Origin: Ruminococcus flavefaciens | GTDB lineage: Bacteria; Bacillota; Clostridia; Oscillospirales; Ruminococcaceae | Direction of reading: 5' to 3' | NCBI GenBank assembly: GCA_002348905.1 | Contig: DEBW01000068.1 | Location: 8,395-52,366 of the forward strand | Length of the DNA stretch: 43,972 bases | In this document: piece by piece, positions 34,350-43,510 of the stretch | How positions within the stretch are numbered: position 1 is the first letter of the stretch | Layout of the letters: every line of letters starts with the position of its first letter | Notes under the pieces: model-generated | Seen by the model: the letters and a program-made list of their open reading frames with translations, nothing else | Told to the model about the DNA's origin: nothing | The model's database searches: none | Translations under genes and position numbers: made by a program

Positions 34350-35828
34350 TTATTCAATAGTAAGTGTAGGAATATCCTCAGCGATCTTCTTCTTGAATGT
34401 TACGAGTGTATCATCCCATGACTTGCCGCCCTTGAGGTACTCATCAGTTACAGCGTTGATGAAGTCGCCCTTAACTGTAGCGTCATAAGGAGTGATAAGA
34501 CCATTGAAGTTGATGCTCTTAGCGTTGCTTGCAAGCTCAGCGAAGTAGTTCTGACCGTCCTTGAAGTTGCCGGAGATCTTCTCGTTGAATACTGTATCAG
34601 CAGCGATGAGGTCATCCATAACCTTTGTGTTGTTTACGTACTCAGGCTTAGCCTTAGCGAATGCAGAAAGCTGATCCTCGTTAGATGTAGCAGAAAGGAT
34701 GAAGTCACGAGCCTCTTCACCGTTGTCAGTAGCTGGATTTACAACCATCCAAGTACCGCCCCAGAAGAATGCCTGTGGACCCTGGCAAACTGCCCACTTA
34801 CCGTATGCAGGGCCGCCTTCTCCGCCAGCAGCATCGAGGAAGAATCCGCCGAAGCCCCATGTAGAAACGAAGTAACCCATGCAGTTATCTGTTGTACCAG
34901 CAGCTGTCCACTCATCAGACCACTGTGTGTTCTTTGTAACACCGCCGCAGTCCCAAAGCTCCTTAGCTGTATCAGCGAAGTCCTTGCAGAAGTCGTCGAT
35001 TACGAGAGCCTCGTCCTTAACCCATGGCTGTGTACGGCCACAAGCGAATGCCTGCCAGAGACCACCAACTGTATCAGCGAGAGCTGTCTTGCCGCCGGAC
35101 TTGTCAGCAACTGTCTTAGCAGCTTCTACAAACTTGCCCCAGTCAGAAACCTTCTCCTGCATCTCTTCAGGAGACTTAACTTCGAGGTACTCCTCAGCGA
35201 GGTCAGCTCTGTAAGCGAAACCGCCTGCTGCAGCCTGCCATGAAACGCCCTTACGAACGCCGTTGGAATCCTTACCGATCTCGTCTGTGTACTTGTAGAT
35301 GTTAGCGAAATCGCTGTCGCCAAGACCGAGCTTGCTGAGTGCGAGTGTCTTGGAGTCGTCGTTGATGTACTTGAGAGCCCAGTCAGCTTCACAGAAGTAA
35401 ACGTCGAGGTCTGTACCATCGTTGAAGAGCTGATCGTAACGCTCAGAAGCCTGACCGCCGCCTACACCGAATACGATGCAGTTGATGCCGTCAACCTTAC
35501 CGTCAGAGAGATCGTCAACTACTGTATCATAGTCAAGACCCTTCCACTGAGCGATGAGGTAAGGAACGTCGTCTGCGTTCCAAGCTGCAACTGTGAATGT
35601 GTCGCCGCCTGTTTTAACAGAAGCGTCGATCTCGCCTGTAGACTCTTCAGAAGTCTCAGGCTTTTCTTCGCTGCCTTCTTCAGTGTCAGCTGGTGTCTCA
35701 GCAGCTGTGTCAGACTTTGCAGCTGGCTCAGATGTAGAAGATGATTCGCTTCCGCCGCAGCTTGCAAGAGCTGTAGCTGCCATAGCAAGAGTTGCTACTA
35801 ATGCTAAAGTTTTCTTAAGTGTGTTCAT
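34350..35828 (-). CDS. Oligosaccharide ABC transporter substrate-binding lipoprotein
   Basis: Lipobox LASC, acidic Ser/Glu linker, YRADLAEEYL, FFWGGTW; codon usage resembles alaS (highly expressed); AAGGAGG RBS. Confidence 0.92.
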   Translation of the reverse strand: MNTLKKTLALVATLAMAATALASCGGSESSSTSEPAAKSDTAAETPADTEEGSEEKPETSEESTGEIDASVKTGGDTFTVAAWNADDVPYLIAQWKGLDYDTVVDDLSDGKVDGINCIVFGVGGGQASERYDQLFNDGTDLDVYFCEADWALKYINDDSKTLALSKLGLGDSDFANIYKYTDEIGKDSNGVRKGVSWQAAAGGFAYRADLAEEYLEVKSPEEMQEKVSDWGKFVEAAKTVADKSGGKTALADTVGGLWQAFACGRTQPWVKDEALVIDDFCKDFADTAKELWDCGGVTKNTQWSDEWTAAGTTDNCMGYFVSTWGFGGFFLDAAGGEGGPAYGKWAVCQGPQAFFWGGTWMVVNPATDNGEEARDFILSATSNEDQLSAFAKAKPEYVNNTKVMDDLIAADTVFNEKISGNFKDGQNYFAELASNAKSINFNGLITPYDATVKGDFINAVTDEYLKGGKSWDDTLVTFKKKIAEDIPTLTIE

Positions 35829-36065
35829 TAGAATTTTCCTCCTTAAATATGTATATTATATTTCTTCAATATAATATGTGTGAGATAAATATGTTTTTAC
35901 AGCCTACGAATGTTTCACGTTACGTGCAGCGACTGTGCTCACCGCATCGCCGCTCAGCATTTTTCAGCTGCCTTGTCCATTTGGACATATTTGCCAATGA
36001 CTTTCATCATTGAGCTTACTCCGGCAGACCCCATTGAGAGTTCTTGCAGGTGTCTTGCTTTTGTA
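35829..36065 (-). promoter_or_regulatory. Long structured 5' leader (candidate cis-regulatory RNA)
   Basis: About 235 nt between a consensus promoter and the ATG; a GC-richer island with several hairpins in an otherwise AT-rich intergenic region. Confidence 0.5.
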
Positions 36066-36070
36066 CTAAC

Positions 36071-36099
36071 AATATACCGTATTTTTCGTCTAAAGTCAA
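36071..36099 (-). promoter_or_regulatory. SigA-type promoter for the ABC operon
   Basis: TTGACT-17 nt-TATATT. Confidence 0.7.
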
Positions 36100-36328
36100 T
36101 GATTTGAACTGTTCTTTAATATTTTTCAAACATCTTGTACATTTTCAACAGAACAATTTTGTTAACTTTCACATATTTCTTTTAAAGATTTTTCAAAAGT
36201 TACAAATTGGTAAAAGGCTTTTTTGACCTTATTTCACATAGAAAGTTCTTTTCTTTTATATTGATTTACCAAAGAATCCAACTATCAGTAAAAATTAGCC
36301 TATCGTTTTTGTGTATATTGGCAATATA

Positions 36329-38746
36329 TTATGAGGTAGATAATTCGCTATACCTCATAAGAACTCCGCTTGCATCCTTGGCAGTTACAGAGCCGTCGCC
36401 GTCGAAATCAGCGTACTTTCTCATCTCCGGCAGGACTATGCCTTCTCCGCCGACTGAAAGTGCCGAATAATCGGCAAGTATAAGGCTTGCGTCCGAAGCA
36501 TTCACAAAGCCGTCACCATTAGCGTCACCGCTGTCGCACCTGAGAATAGTAACATCAAGAATACCGTCCGGAACGTCCTTACCGGTTATCCTGAGCCTTT
36601 CGGAATTCCTTCCTTTGGCTATATTAAGCGGAATACGGCTTCCTGAGGAGTATTCACAGTCCTCATGGTAAATTTTACCGGCAGCCTGAGGTATAAGAAA
36701 TACCTTTTCAGACTCCGTATCTGCCTCTATAACGATATTGCTTTCGGAGGCAGAATATGCGTATTTATGCGTTTTTCCGGCTTCTGCCAAAGATGAAAGA
36801 GCGTACTCCAGCGAATAGAGCGATGCTTTTTCGGGATAATAACGGCTCGACTGTGGATTTTCACCATTTTTTTCAGATGAAGCATATATCACAGTTTTTT
36901 CCGTTATTTCTATCGGCTGTGTATAAGGCTTAAAATCGCCGTTTTCGCCAATTCTGCAATATATTTCACCGCTATCCGATGAGAGTTCTATCTTCTCACC
37001 GAAGGGTACAGCACCCTCAATCTGTGAGAATTTAACAGTATCAGGAGCATCGCCGAATACTTTTAGTGAAATATTTCCCATTTTCAGAGCAACAGTGCCC
37101 TTTGCGAACATTTCTTTGAAATTCTCCAGCGATTTTCCGGCATTTTCAAGCAATTCAGTCTCGTCAGGCTCAATTCCGTCATACAAGTCTACTTCGAGCA
37201 CTTCAAGCAGTTCCTGCTCTTCCTCGTCGGAATATACCTCGTCATTTTCTGTGACATCCAGCCAATTTTCGCCGTCCTGACTGAAAAAGCTCTCGTTCTT
37301 GCCGGTATATTGGGTTATACCCTCATAAGTCGTATAGCTGCCGAGGCTTTCAATTTCTCCCGTAGTATCATCCGTGACGATCATGCAGGTCTCAAGCGGG
37401 ACAACAAACGGCGAATCTTTGCAGAAAAGCTTGACCACAACTGAAAAATCCTCAGATTTTCCGACAGTGACCTTTTTATCAAGGTCAATAGTCGTATAAC
37501 CTGTAATATTGCCAATACCCTTACCGGCAGTCACCGCCGTTCCGGAAGTCGGATCAGAGCGGTCACGCAGACCGGTATATATCGTTATCTCGTACTCTGT
37601 TCCTGGCTGACGTATATATGTGCCGACAGCTCCGAGAACTGTAGTCTCGTCAGCCGTGAAAACATTTGCCATATAGGACGGCGCATTTGTCTCCGTATCG
37701 TCAAAGACTGAGAGAGTCTGCACCGGAACAAAGCTGTCATGCTGGAAATTCTTCGTGAAATTATTCTTGCTGTCAAGTTCATACACAGTGAACTCCGTGA
37801 GTGACCTATCCTCGTAAGATATCCATATATAGCCGTTTTCGCCGTAGTTTGCACCCCAGCTGTTCTTAACGAGCCAAGCGCCGTTCTCCTTTGCAGGCTG
37901 TAAGAAGCCGTCAGCAGGATAATTGTCGTCCCAGCCGATCACTGCGACCGAGTGATTGGCAAATCTTGGCTTTTTATGGCTGTTTGTGGAGTGTTTCACG
38001 CTGTCATAGCAGTCCTTTGAATTTGAGTAGAACGAAACGTCTACAGCTTTTCCGTCAAGGACATACTCCTTTATCAGCGCATTTATCTCCTTTTCGTTAG
38101 ACCTTTCCTTGTCGTAGTCAAAGGTATGTGCGCTTCGCAGGTGATAATCCGCAGTATTTTTAAGCTGTTCAATTTTTTCTGCATCTTCATAAAAGCTAAG
38201 GTCACCATACGGCATCCTGCTTTCACTGACTGGACCTATCCACTGTGACCACAGGTTAACAACATTTCCAGAAGTACCACCGCTTGACAATATCTCTTTT
38301 ATATCATCGGATTCCGGCGGTATCTGATCGCCTCCGGAATAAGTGAAATAAGCGGTATGGAACTCAGAAAGGTCAACGGACGGATCACTTCTCAGGATAC
38401 TGCTCTCAGCGCAGGCAATTGACGAGTGCGCCCAGCAAGTACCGTACCCTGACTGGTTCTTGACCGGTGTCACGCCGTACTTCTCACGCATATCGAAGCT
38501 TTCCGGAAATACGGAAGCATACATTGTCGAAACAGGATATCTTCCGCTGTATACCGGCTCTTTAAAGTCCGTTTCCCCGTCAGGAGATACAGAAAATAAC
38601 GGCTCTGACAGTGTATATCTGCGTTCATGGATATTATTTTCAAAAATAGTGCCGGCTGCATCTGCCACATTATCACTATATACAGCAGAGCTTAGCATCA
38701 CAAACGCAGTAACAGCCGATGCTGTTTTTTTAAATTTTTTCATCAT
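36329..38746 (-). CDS. Secreted papain-family (C1A) cysteine peptidase with lectin-like domain and C-terminal type-I dockerin
   Basis: Signal peptide; VKNQSGYGTCWAH (Gln/Cys), NHSVAVIGW (His), KNSWG (Asn); ANVFTA lectin-like region; duplicated GDANGDGFVNASDA / ADFDGDGSVTAKDA. Start is 38746 or 38743 (GAGGT RBS). Confidence 0.9.
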   Translation of the reverse strand: MMKKFKKTASAVTAFVMLSSAVYSDNVADAAGTIFENNIHERRYTLSEPLFSVSPDGETDFKEPVYSGRYPVSTMYASVFPESFDMREKYGVTPVKNQSGYGTCWAHSSIACAESSILRSDPSVDLSEFHTAYFTYSGGDQIPPESDDIKEILSSGGTSGNVVNLWSQWIGPVSESRMPYGDLSFYEDAEKIEQLKNTADYHLRSAHTFDYDKERSNEKEINALIKEYVLDGKAVDVSFYSNSKDCYDSVKHSTNSHKKPRFANHSVAVIGWDDNYPADGFLQPAKENGAWLVKNSWGANYGENGYIWISYEDRSLTEFTVYELDSKNNFTKNFQHDSFVPVQTLSVFDDTETNAPSYMANVFTADETTVLGAVGTYIRQPGTEYEITIYTGLRDRSDPTSGTAVTAGKGIGNITGYTTIDLDKKVTVGKSEDFSVVVKLFCKDSPFVVPLETCMIVTDDTTGEIESLGSYTTYEGITQYTGKNESFFSQDGENWLDVTENDEVYSDEEEQELLEVLEVDLYDGIEPDETELLENAGKSLENFKEMFAKGTVALKMGNISLKVFGDAPDTVKFSQIEGAVPFGEKIELSSDSGEIYCRIGENGDFKPYTQPIEITEKTVIYASSEKNGENPQSSRYYPEKASLYSLEYALSSLAEAGKTHKYAYSASESNIVIEADTESEKVFLIPQAAGKIYHEDCEYSSGSRIPLNIAKGRNSERLRITGKDVPDGILDVTILRCDSGDANGDGFVNASDASLILADYSALSVGGEGIVLPEMRKYADFDGDGSVTAKDASGVLMRYSELSTS

Positions 38747-38987
38747 GTAAACCTCTAAGATCAGGGCATCCCCTGATACAGTGAAGCAGCCATTCTCTTT
38801 TAAAAGAAACCGTTGCTTCATCTGAAATTTCATATATATCAGCATCATCAATAACTTTTTCAAGCTTGATATACTTCACCGCCTGCTGCTCAAATGAGAA
38901 TCTTTTGGCGAATACCAGGTTGCTGACATACAATTCAGGCGTTGCATAATAAAGTTCATTTTTACTATTTTTCAGAACATACGTCAT
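38730..38987 (-). CDS. Small hypothetical protein (85 aa)
   Basis: ATG 38987 with AGGTGAGG RBS; fills the gap between DUF218 and the protease and overlaps the protease start. Confidence 0.6.
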   Translation of the reverse strand: MTYVLKNSKNELYYATPELYVSNLVFAKRFSFEQQAVKYIKLEKVIDDADIYEISDEATVSFKREWLLHCIRGCPDLRGLHDEKI

Positions 38988-38995
38988 ATCCTCAC

Positions 38996-39775
38996 CTATT
39001 TTTTCAGTAAATAGTAAATAACACCATACCACTCTCTCACCCAATATGTAGGCAAAAGCCAAATAGGTGTGTTTGCTGAAATATTATAAGCATTGATATC
39101 AAGTTTCTCTGCCTTCATATCTGAACGGAACTGATGAAATCCGTCAGTTACTATGGTAATATGTTCAGGAAGTCTCTCACTTTCAATAATTTTCTTTGAA
39201 AAGCTAAGATTTTCGTCAGTATCAGTAGACTTGTCCTCCATATATATACGCTCCGGAGCAATGCCTTTCCCAACGAGATAATCTCTCATACACTGAGCCT
39301 CGCTGATAAGCTCGTCACTCCCCTTTCCTCCTGAAACGACGACCTTTACATCGGGTTCATCTGCAAGATACTCATAAGCTGTATCAAGCCTGCGTCTGAG
39401 CATAAGGCTCGGAGCGCCGTCTTTCACCTTGCATCCCAGCACTACGACAGTAGTATTGCTGTCAGGCGGACGGTCATTAATCTCACGTATCATGAAAAAG
39501 CTTATCACGGATGCCGTGATAATACATAAAACTGCAAATGCCAAAACTCCGCACACTACTGCTTTTCCAGCCGGACGCTGCCAAAGCCATTCAACGATGC
39601 CTATGAATCTGTCCCAGAAGAGTATTATGACTGTCAGGAGCGCAGAGACCGCAGCTCCGGTAAAATTTCCAATGTTAAATATACCTGTTGCTATAGGTGA
39701 CAGGAATAATAATAACAACGCAAAAGGAATGAGAGCGAATAAGGCTCTCATTCCCATTCTGAAAGGAATATCCAT
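38996..39775 (-). CDS. YdcF/ElyC/SanA (DUF218) membrane protein
   Basis: 3 N-terminal TMs, VVLGC, VVSGGKG, SEA..M, EDKSTDTDENL, VTDGFH..R, REW. Confidence 0.92.
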   Translation of the reverse strand: MDIPFRMGMRALFALIPFALLLLFLSPIATGIFNIGNFTGAAVSALLTVIILFWDRFIGIVEWLWQRPAGKAVVCGVLAFAVLCIITASVISFFMIREINDRPPDSNTTVVVLGCKVKDGAPSLMLRRRLDTAYEYLADEPDVKVVVSGGKGSDELISEAQCMRDYLVGKGIAPERIYMEDKSTDTDENLSFSKKIIESERLPEHITIVTDGFHQFRSDMKAEKLDINAYNISANTPIWLLPTYWVREWYGVIYYLLKK

Positions 39776-39787
39776 ATCAGTTTATTT

Positions 39788-40624
39788 TCAGTCCTTTTTC
39801 GGCGGAAGCTTTATTATCCTTTCAAGGTCTTCTTTAGACGTAGTCTCAGAGCCGAGGTGAGTCGGGACACTGTTATACAGTCCGTGGAAGTCAGAACCGC
39901 CAGTCCTTATAAGTTCATATTTGTCAGCGATAGCATTAAGCTCACTGCGGTAAGCCTCATCAGCAGAATAATGTCCTATCTCAACACCGTCTATCTTGCC
40001 TTTTTTCGCAAGTTCTTCAAGAAGCTCAATATTGTCGTACTGAGCCGGATGTGCCATAACAGCGACACCTCTTGCGGTATGTATAAGGTCAATGACGAAA
40101 TTTACGTCAGGGTACTCACGTTCAACGTAGCAGCTTCCCTTTTTCGGGTTGAACAGTTCGCTGTCAAGCTCGCCGTAAAACTCAAGGGCATAGCCGTAGT
40201 CTATAAGAGCCCTCATGATATGCTGTTTGAATATGCTTTTTGAGGCTGTTGTATGCTTCAGAATACTTTCAAGTGTTATAGGGTATTTTTCGATAACTTT
40301 GTCTATCATTTCCTTCGAGCAGGCTTTTCTTATCTCGCATGATTTCAGGCAGAGACCTTCAAGTCTGTCGGGTTTCTGCGGAGCATAGCAAAGTATATGA
40401 ACCTTGCTGTTTCTTGCCTTATCCCATGCAGAAAGCTCAACTCCGTGGAGTATCTTCACGCCTTCACGCTGACCTATGATGTCAGCTCTTGAAAATGATG
40501 CCATTGTGTCGTGGTCGGTGATAGACAGCCAGTCTATACCGGTACGCTTTGCCTGAGCAATAATATCCTCGATGCCAAGAGAACCGTCAGAAAGCTTTGT
40601 ATGACAGTGCAGATCACAGATCAT
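39788..40624 (-). CDS. PHP-domain phosphoesterase (TrpH/YciV-like)
   Basis: DLHCHT..SDG, ITDHDT, GVELS, AHP, TGGSDFHG; ATG 40624 with GAGGT RBS. Confidence 0.92.
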   Translation of the reverse strand: MICDLHCHTKLSDGSLGIEDIIAQAKRTGIDWLSITDHDTMASFSRADIIGQREGVKILHGVELSAWDKARNSKVHILCYAPQKPDRLEGLCLKSCEIRKACSKEMIDKVIEKYPITLESILKHTTASKSIFKQHIMRALIDYGYALEFYGELDSELFNPKKGSCYVEREYPDVNFVIDLIHTARGVAVMAHPAQYDNIELLEELAKKGKIDGVEIGHYSADEAYRSELNAIADKYELIRTGGSDFHGLYNSVPTHLGSETTSKEDLERIIKLPPKKD

Positions 40625-40736
40625 AATTCTCAACCTCTTTTCATTGCCGAAGCAATAGGATGCTTTCGGCAGACCAAATAGTATATTGCATTGTATGCAT
40701 GAACAAGTAAGTTAAGAAGCATATACAACGATAATA

Positions 40737-40765
40737 ATTATATCATATATTGTGACAAATTTCAA
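40737..40765 (-). promoter_or_regulatory. SigA-type promoter for the PHP-DUF218-protease unit
   Basis: TTGAAA-17 nt-TATAAT with extended -10 TG. Confidence 0.75.
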
Positions 40766-40848
40766 GCTTTTTTGTACATTTTTTCTTGCATTTTTTACAG
40801 TAAAAAATGCACAACGGTTAATTTTGGCTATTTATAGGCGTTTATAGG

Positions 40849-41670
40849 TTATTGCAAAGCAGAATAAAGCTCGCTCTTTTTGAATCCTGTCTCCTTAGCG
40901 ACGGCTTTGCAGGCATCTGTAGGCTTTTCGCCCATATCTATCAGCTTTTTCACCTGTTCGAGAGCCTGCTCTATAGTCAGCTCCTCAGCTTCGGCAGATT
41001 TGCCTTCAAGCACAAGAACATATTCACCTCTCGGCTCATTTACCGAGTAGTATTCAACGGCTTCTCCGAGCGTGAAGCGGAGAGTTTCTTCGTGTATCTT
41101 GGTTATCTCACGGCAGAGGGAAATATTCCTGTCCCTGCCGAAAAAGTCAGCCATATCGTCAAGGGTATTCCTCAGCTTGTGCGGAGCTTCGTAGAATATC
41201 ATGACAGCCGTCTCATTCCTGAGAAGTTCAAGGCGCTCAGTACGCTCTTTCTTAGGAACAGGCAGGAAGCCCTCAAAAGTGAAACGTTTCACATGAAGAC
41301 CTGAAAGTGCTGCCGCTGTGGTAACTGCTGTCGGACTTGGTACTGCCTTTACGTCGATATTGTTCTCGTAGGCAAGCTTCACAAGTACCTCGCCAGGATC
41401 AGATATGCACGGCATACCGGCATCTGTGACTATTCCGCAGTTCTTTCCGGAGAGCAGTCTGTCTATTATCGCCTGAGCTTCAGCACGGCTGCTGTGCTCG
41501 TGGAAGCTGACAAGCTCGTTCTTTATCTCGTAGCGGTTCAGAAGTTTCAGTGTCACACGGGTATCCTCGGCGCAGATAAAGTCAACTTCTTCAAGCATTC
41601 TCAGCTGTCTGAGAGTTATGTCCTCCATATTGCCTATCGGAGTACCTATTATATATAGTATACCGCTCAT
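40849..41670 (-). CDS. rsmI: 16S rRNA (C1402)-2'-O-methyltransferase
   Basis: TPIGNMEDIT, AEDTR, DAGMPCISDPG, FEGFL, YEAPH, REITKIHE, RGEYVLV. Confidence 0.96.
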   Translation of the reverse strand: MSGILYIIGTPIGNMEDITLRQLRMLEEVDFICAEDTRVTLKLLNRYEIKNELVSFHEHSSRAEAQAIIDRLLSGKNCGIVTDAGMPCISDPGEVLVKLAYENNIDVKAVPSPTAVTTAAALSGLHVKRFTFEGFLPVPKKERTERLELLRNETAVMIFYEAPHKLRNTLDDMADFFGRDRNISLCREITKIHEETLRFTLGEAVEYYSVNEPRGEYVLVLEGKSAEAEELTIEQALEQVKKLIDMGEKPTDACKAVAKETGFKKSELYSALQ

Positions 41671-42389
41671 GACTGCTCCTTTCCTATTGCGTATATCTGT
41701 TTCAGTTCGTCGGTAAAACCGTCACCGCTTCTTATGTATAGCTGCGGTTCTATCTTCATGAATGGCTTCGAGCCTTTCTTTCCCTCTATCAGGAACAACC
41801 ACGGAGCTTCATCCGGCTCTTTTGAGACCATTCTCAGGCGCTTAGGCTCGATATTGTGCGATTTCATGGCGTATATAACGTCGCTCAGGCGCTCCGGACG
41901 ATTGCAGACACACAGCCTTCCGCCGAATTTCAGAAGCTTTTCGGCTGCTGCACAAACATCGTCTATGGTACAAAGTATCTCATGCCTTGCTATCCTCTGA
42001 GCTGTTATCGCACTCTGAAAGCCTGCATTGTCAGCCTTATACGGCGGATTGCAGGTAACAAGGTCAAGTCTGCCGAGAGGAGCATCATCCCACAATTTTT
42101 TCAGGTCGGCGCATACTGGTACTATGCCATTTGTTTCACTGTGTTCCAGTCCAAGTTTCAGCTGTTCTATCGCACCTTCCTGTATGTCCACGGCATAAGT
42201 CACCTTAGGCGGTTTGTACTTCTGCATTATCAAAGGTATTATACCGCAGCCTGTACCGAGGTCGCAAACCATATCTTTCTGCCTGTAGCCTGAGAAATTC
42301 GCAAGCAGAAAAGCGTCTGTGCCAAAACGGTGGTCGCTGCTGGCACAGACATATATCTTATCAGTTAATTTTTCGTATTTGTATTCCAT
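41667..42389 (-). CDS. tRNA1(Val) A37 N6-methyltransferase-like (YabB/YfiC family)
   Basis: FGTDAFLLA, DLGTGCGIIP, CNPPY, ARHE, RPERL; adjacent to rsmI. Confidence 0.88.
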   Translation of the reverse strand: MEYKYEKLTDKIYVCASSDHRFGTDAFLLANFSGYRQKDMVCDLGTGCGIIPLIMQKYKPPKVTYAVDIQEGAIEQLKLGLEHSETNGIVPVCADLKKLWDDAPLGRLDLVTCNPPYKADNAGFQSAITAQRIARHEILCTIDDVCAAAEKLLKFGGRLCVCNRPERLSDVIYAMKSHNIEPKRLRMVSKEPDEAPWLFLIEGKKGSKPFMKIEPQLYIRSGDGFTDELKQIYAIGKEQS

Positions 42390-42391
42390 AC

Positions 42392-43480
42392 TTACTCCAT
42401 TGCCCTTATGATAGTTCCTCCGCCCACAACGGTATCTCCGTCGTAAAGCACTACAGCCTGTCCGCTTGTGACAGCTCTCTGAGGCTCGTCAAATTCTACC
42501 AAATATTCGCCGTTTCCGAGGTATGACACAGTTGCCGGCTGTTCTTTCTGACTGTAGCGTGTCTTTGCAGTAACTCTCATCGGAGCTTCAAGCTCTGCCG
42601 CTGAAATGAGGTTGAAATCGTCTGCGATGAGCGACTTTGTGTAAAGGTCGGCTTCATCTCCGACTGTTACGGTATTAGTCTCAACGTCCTTGCGTACCAC
42701 ATACGCCGGTTTTCCGAGGGATATTCCGAGATGCTTACGCTGTCCGACGGTATAGTTTATGATGCCTTTATGCTCTCCGAGGACTTTTCCCTCAACGTCA
42801 ACGAACTTTCCGCAAGGCGAGTCTTTACCTGTGAATCTGCGGATAAATCCGGCATAATCGCCGTCCGGCACAAAGCATATGTCCTGACTGTCAGGCTTGT
42901 TTGAGTTGACAAGTCCGGCTTTTTCGGCGAGTTCTCTCACCTGTGACTTTTCAAGAGTGCCAAGCGGAAAAAGTGTATGCGAGAGCTGTTCCTGTGTCAG
43001 TGAGTAAAGCACGTATGTCTGGTCTTTGCTTCGGTCTGCCGGACGTTTCAGAAGCCAGCGACCTGTATTTTCGTCGTATTCAATAGCTGCATAGTGTCCG
43101 GTAGCTATGAAGTCGTAGCCAAGTTCCTGCGCTCTGCGGAGCATTTTGTCGAATTTGACATGACGGTTGCACTCGATGCACGGGTTAGGAGTACGTCCGC
43201 AAAGGTAGCTGTCAGCAAACTGTTTCATAACGTTTTCACGGAAACAGTCCTTGAAATTGAACACAAGATGCTCAAAACCAAGTCTCATTGCGACACTTCT
43301 TGCATCCATGACATCCGAAAGCGCACAGCAGGTCTTGCCCTCTTTTTCGGCTTCGGCGATATCCTCATCACCGAAAAGCTTCAATGTCACGCCCATAACG
43401 TCATATCCCTGCTCTCTAAGGAGCATTGCTGCAACGGAGCTGTCAACTCCGCCGCTCATTCCAACCATTACTTTTTTCAT
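42392..43480 (-). CDS. mnmA: tRNA 2-thiouridine(34) synthase
   Basis: MSGGVDSSVAA, TPNPCIECN, ATGHYA, KDQTYVL, SQDICF, YTVGQRK, GQAVVLY. Confidence 0.97.
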   Translation of the reverse strand: MKKVMVGMSGGVDSSVAAMLLREQGYDVMGVTLKLFGDEDIAEAEKEGKTCCALSDVMDARSVAMRLGFEHLVFNFKDCFRENVMKQFADSYLCGRTPNPCIECNRHVKFDKMLRRAQELGYDFIATGHYAAIEYDENTGRWLLKRPADRSKDQTYVLYSLTQEQLSHTLFPLGTLEKSQVRELAEKAGLVNSNKPDSQDICFVPDGDYAGFIRRFTGKDSPCGKFVDVEGKVLGEHKGIINYTVGQRKHLGISLGKPAYVVRKDVETNTVTVGDEADLYTKSLIADDFNLISAAELEAPMRVTAKTRYSQKEQPATVSYLGNGEYLVEFDEPQRAVTSGQAVVLYDGDTVVGGGTIIRAME

Positions 43481-43510
43481 ATAAAAATCCTTACCTTAAT
43501 AGTGAATATA

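Noticed and set aside
35960-36030. c-di-GMP-I riboswitch or hammerhead ribozyme in the ABC leader (GAAA, GCAAA, TGATGA words)
   Set aside because: Order and spacing of the conserved nucleotides do not fit either consensus by eye; kept only as an unassigned structured leader.
36100-36328. Possible Rex/CcpA-like operators (TTGTTAAC..TTCAC, TTGTACA) in AT-rich DNA, also around 40770-40815
   Set aside because: Only partial palindromes with non-canonical spacing; cannot be told from AT-rich background without a genome-wide scan.
38747-38863. 39-aa N-terminal extension of the protease ORF
   Set aside because: The signal peptide and RBS point to ATG 38746/38743; the upstream part overlaps the 85-aa ORF.
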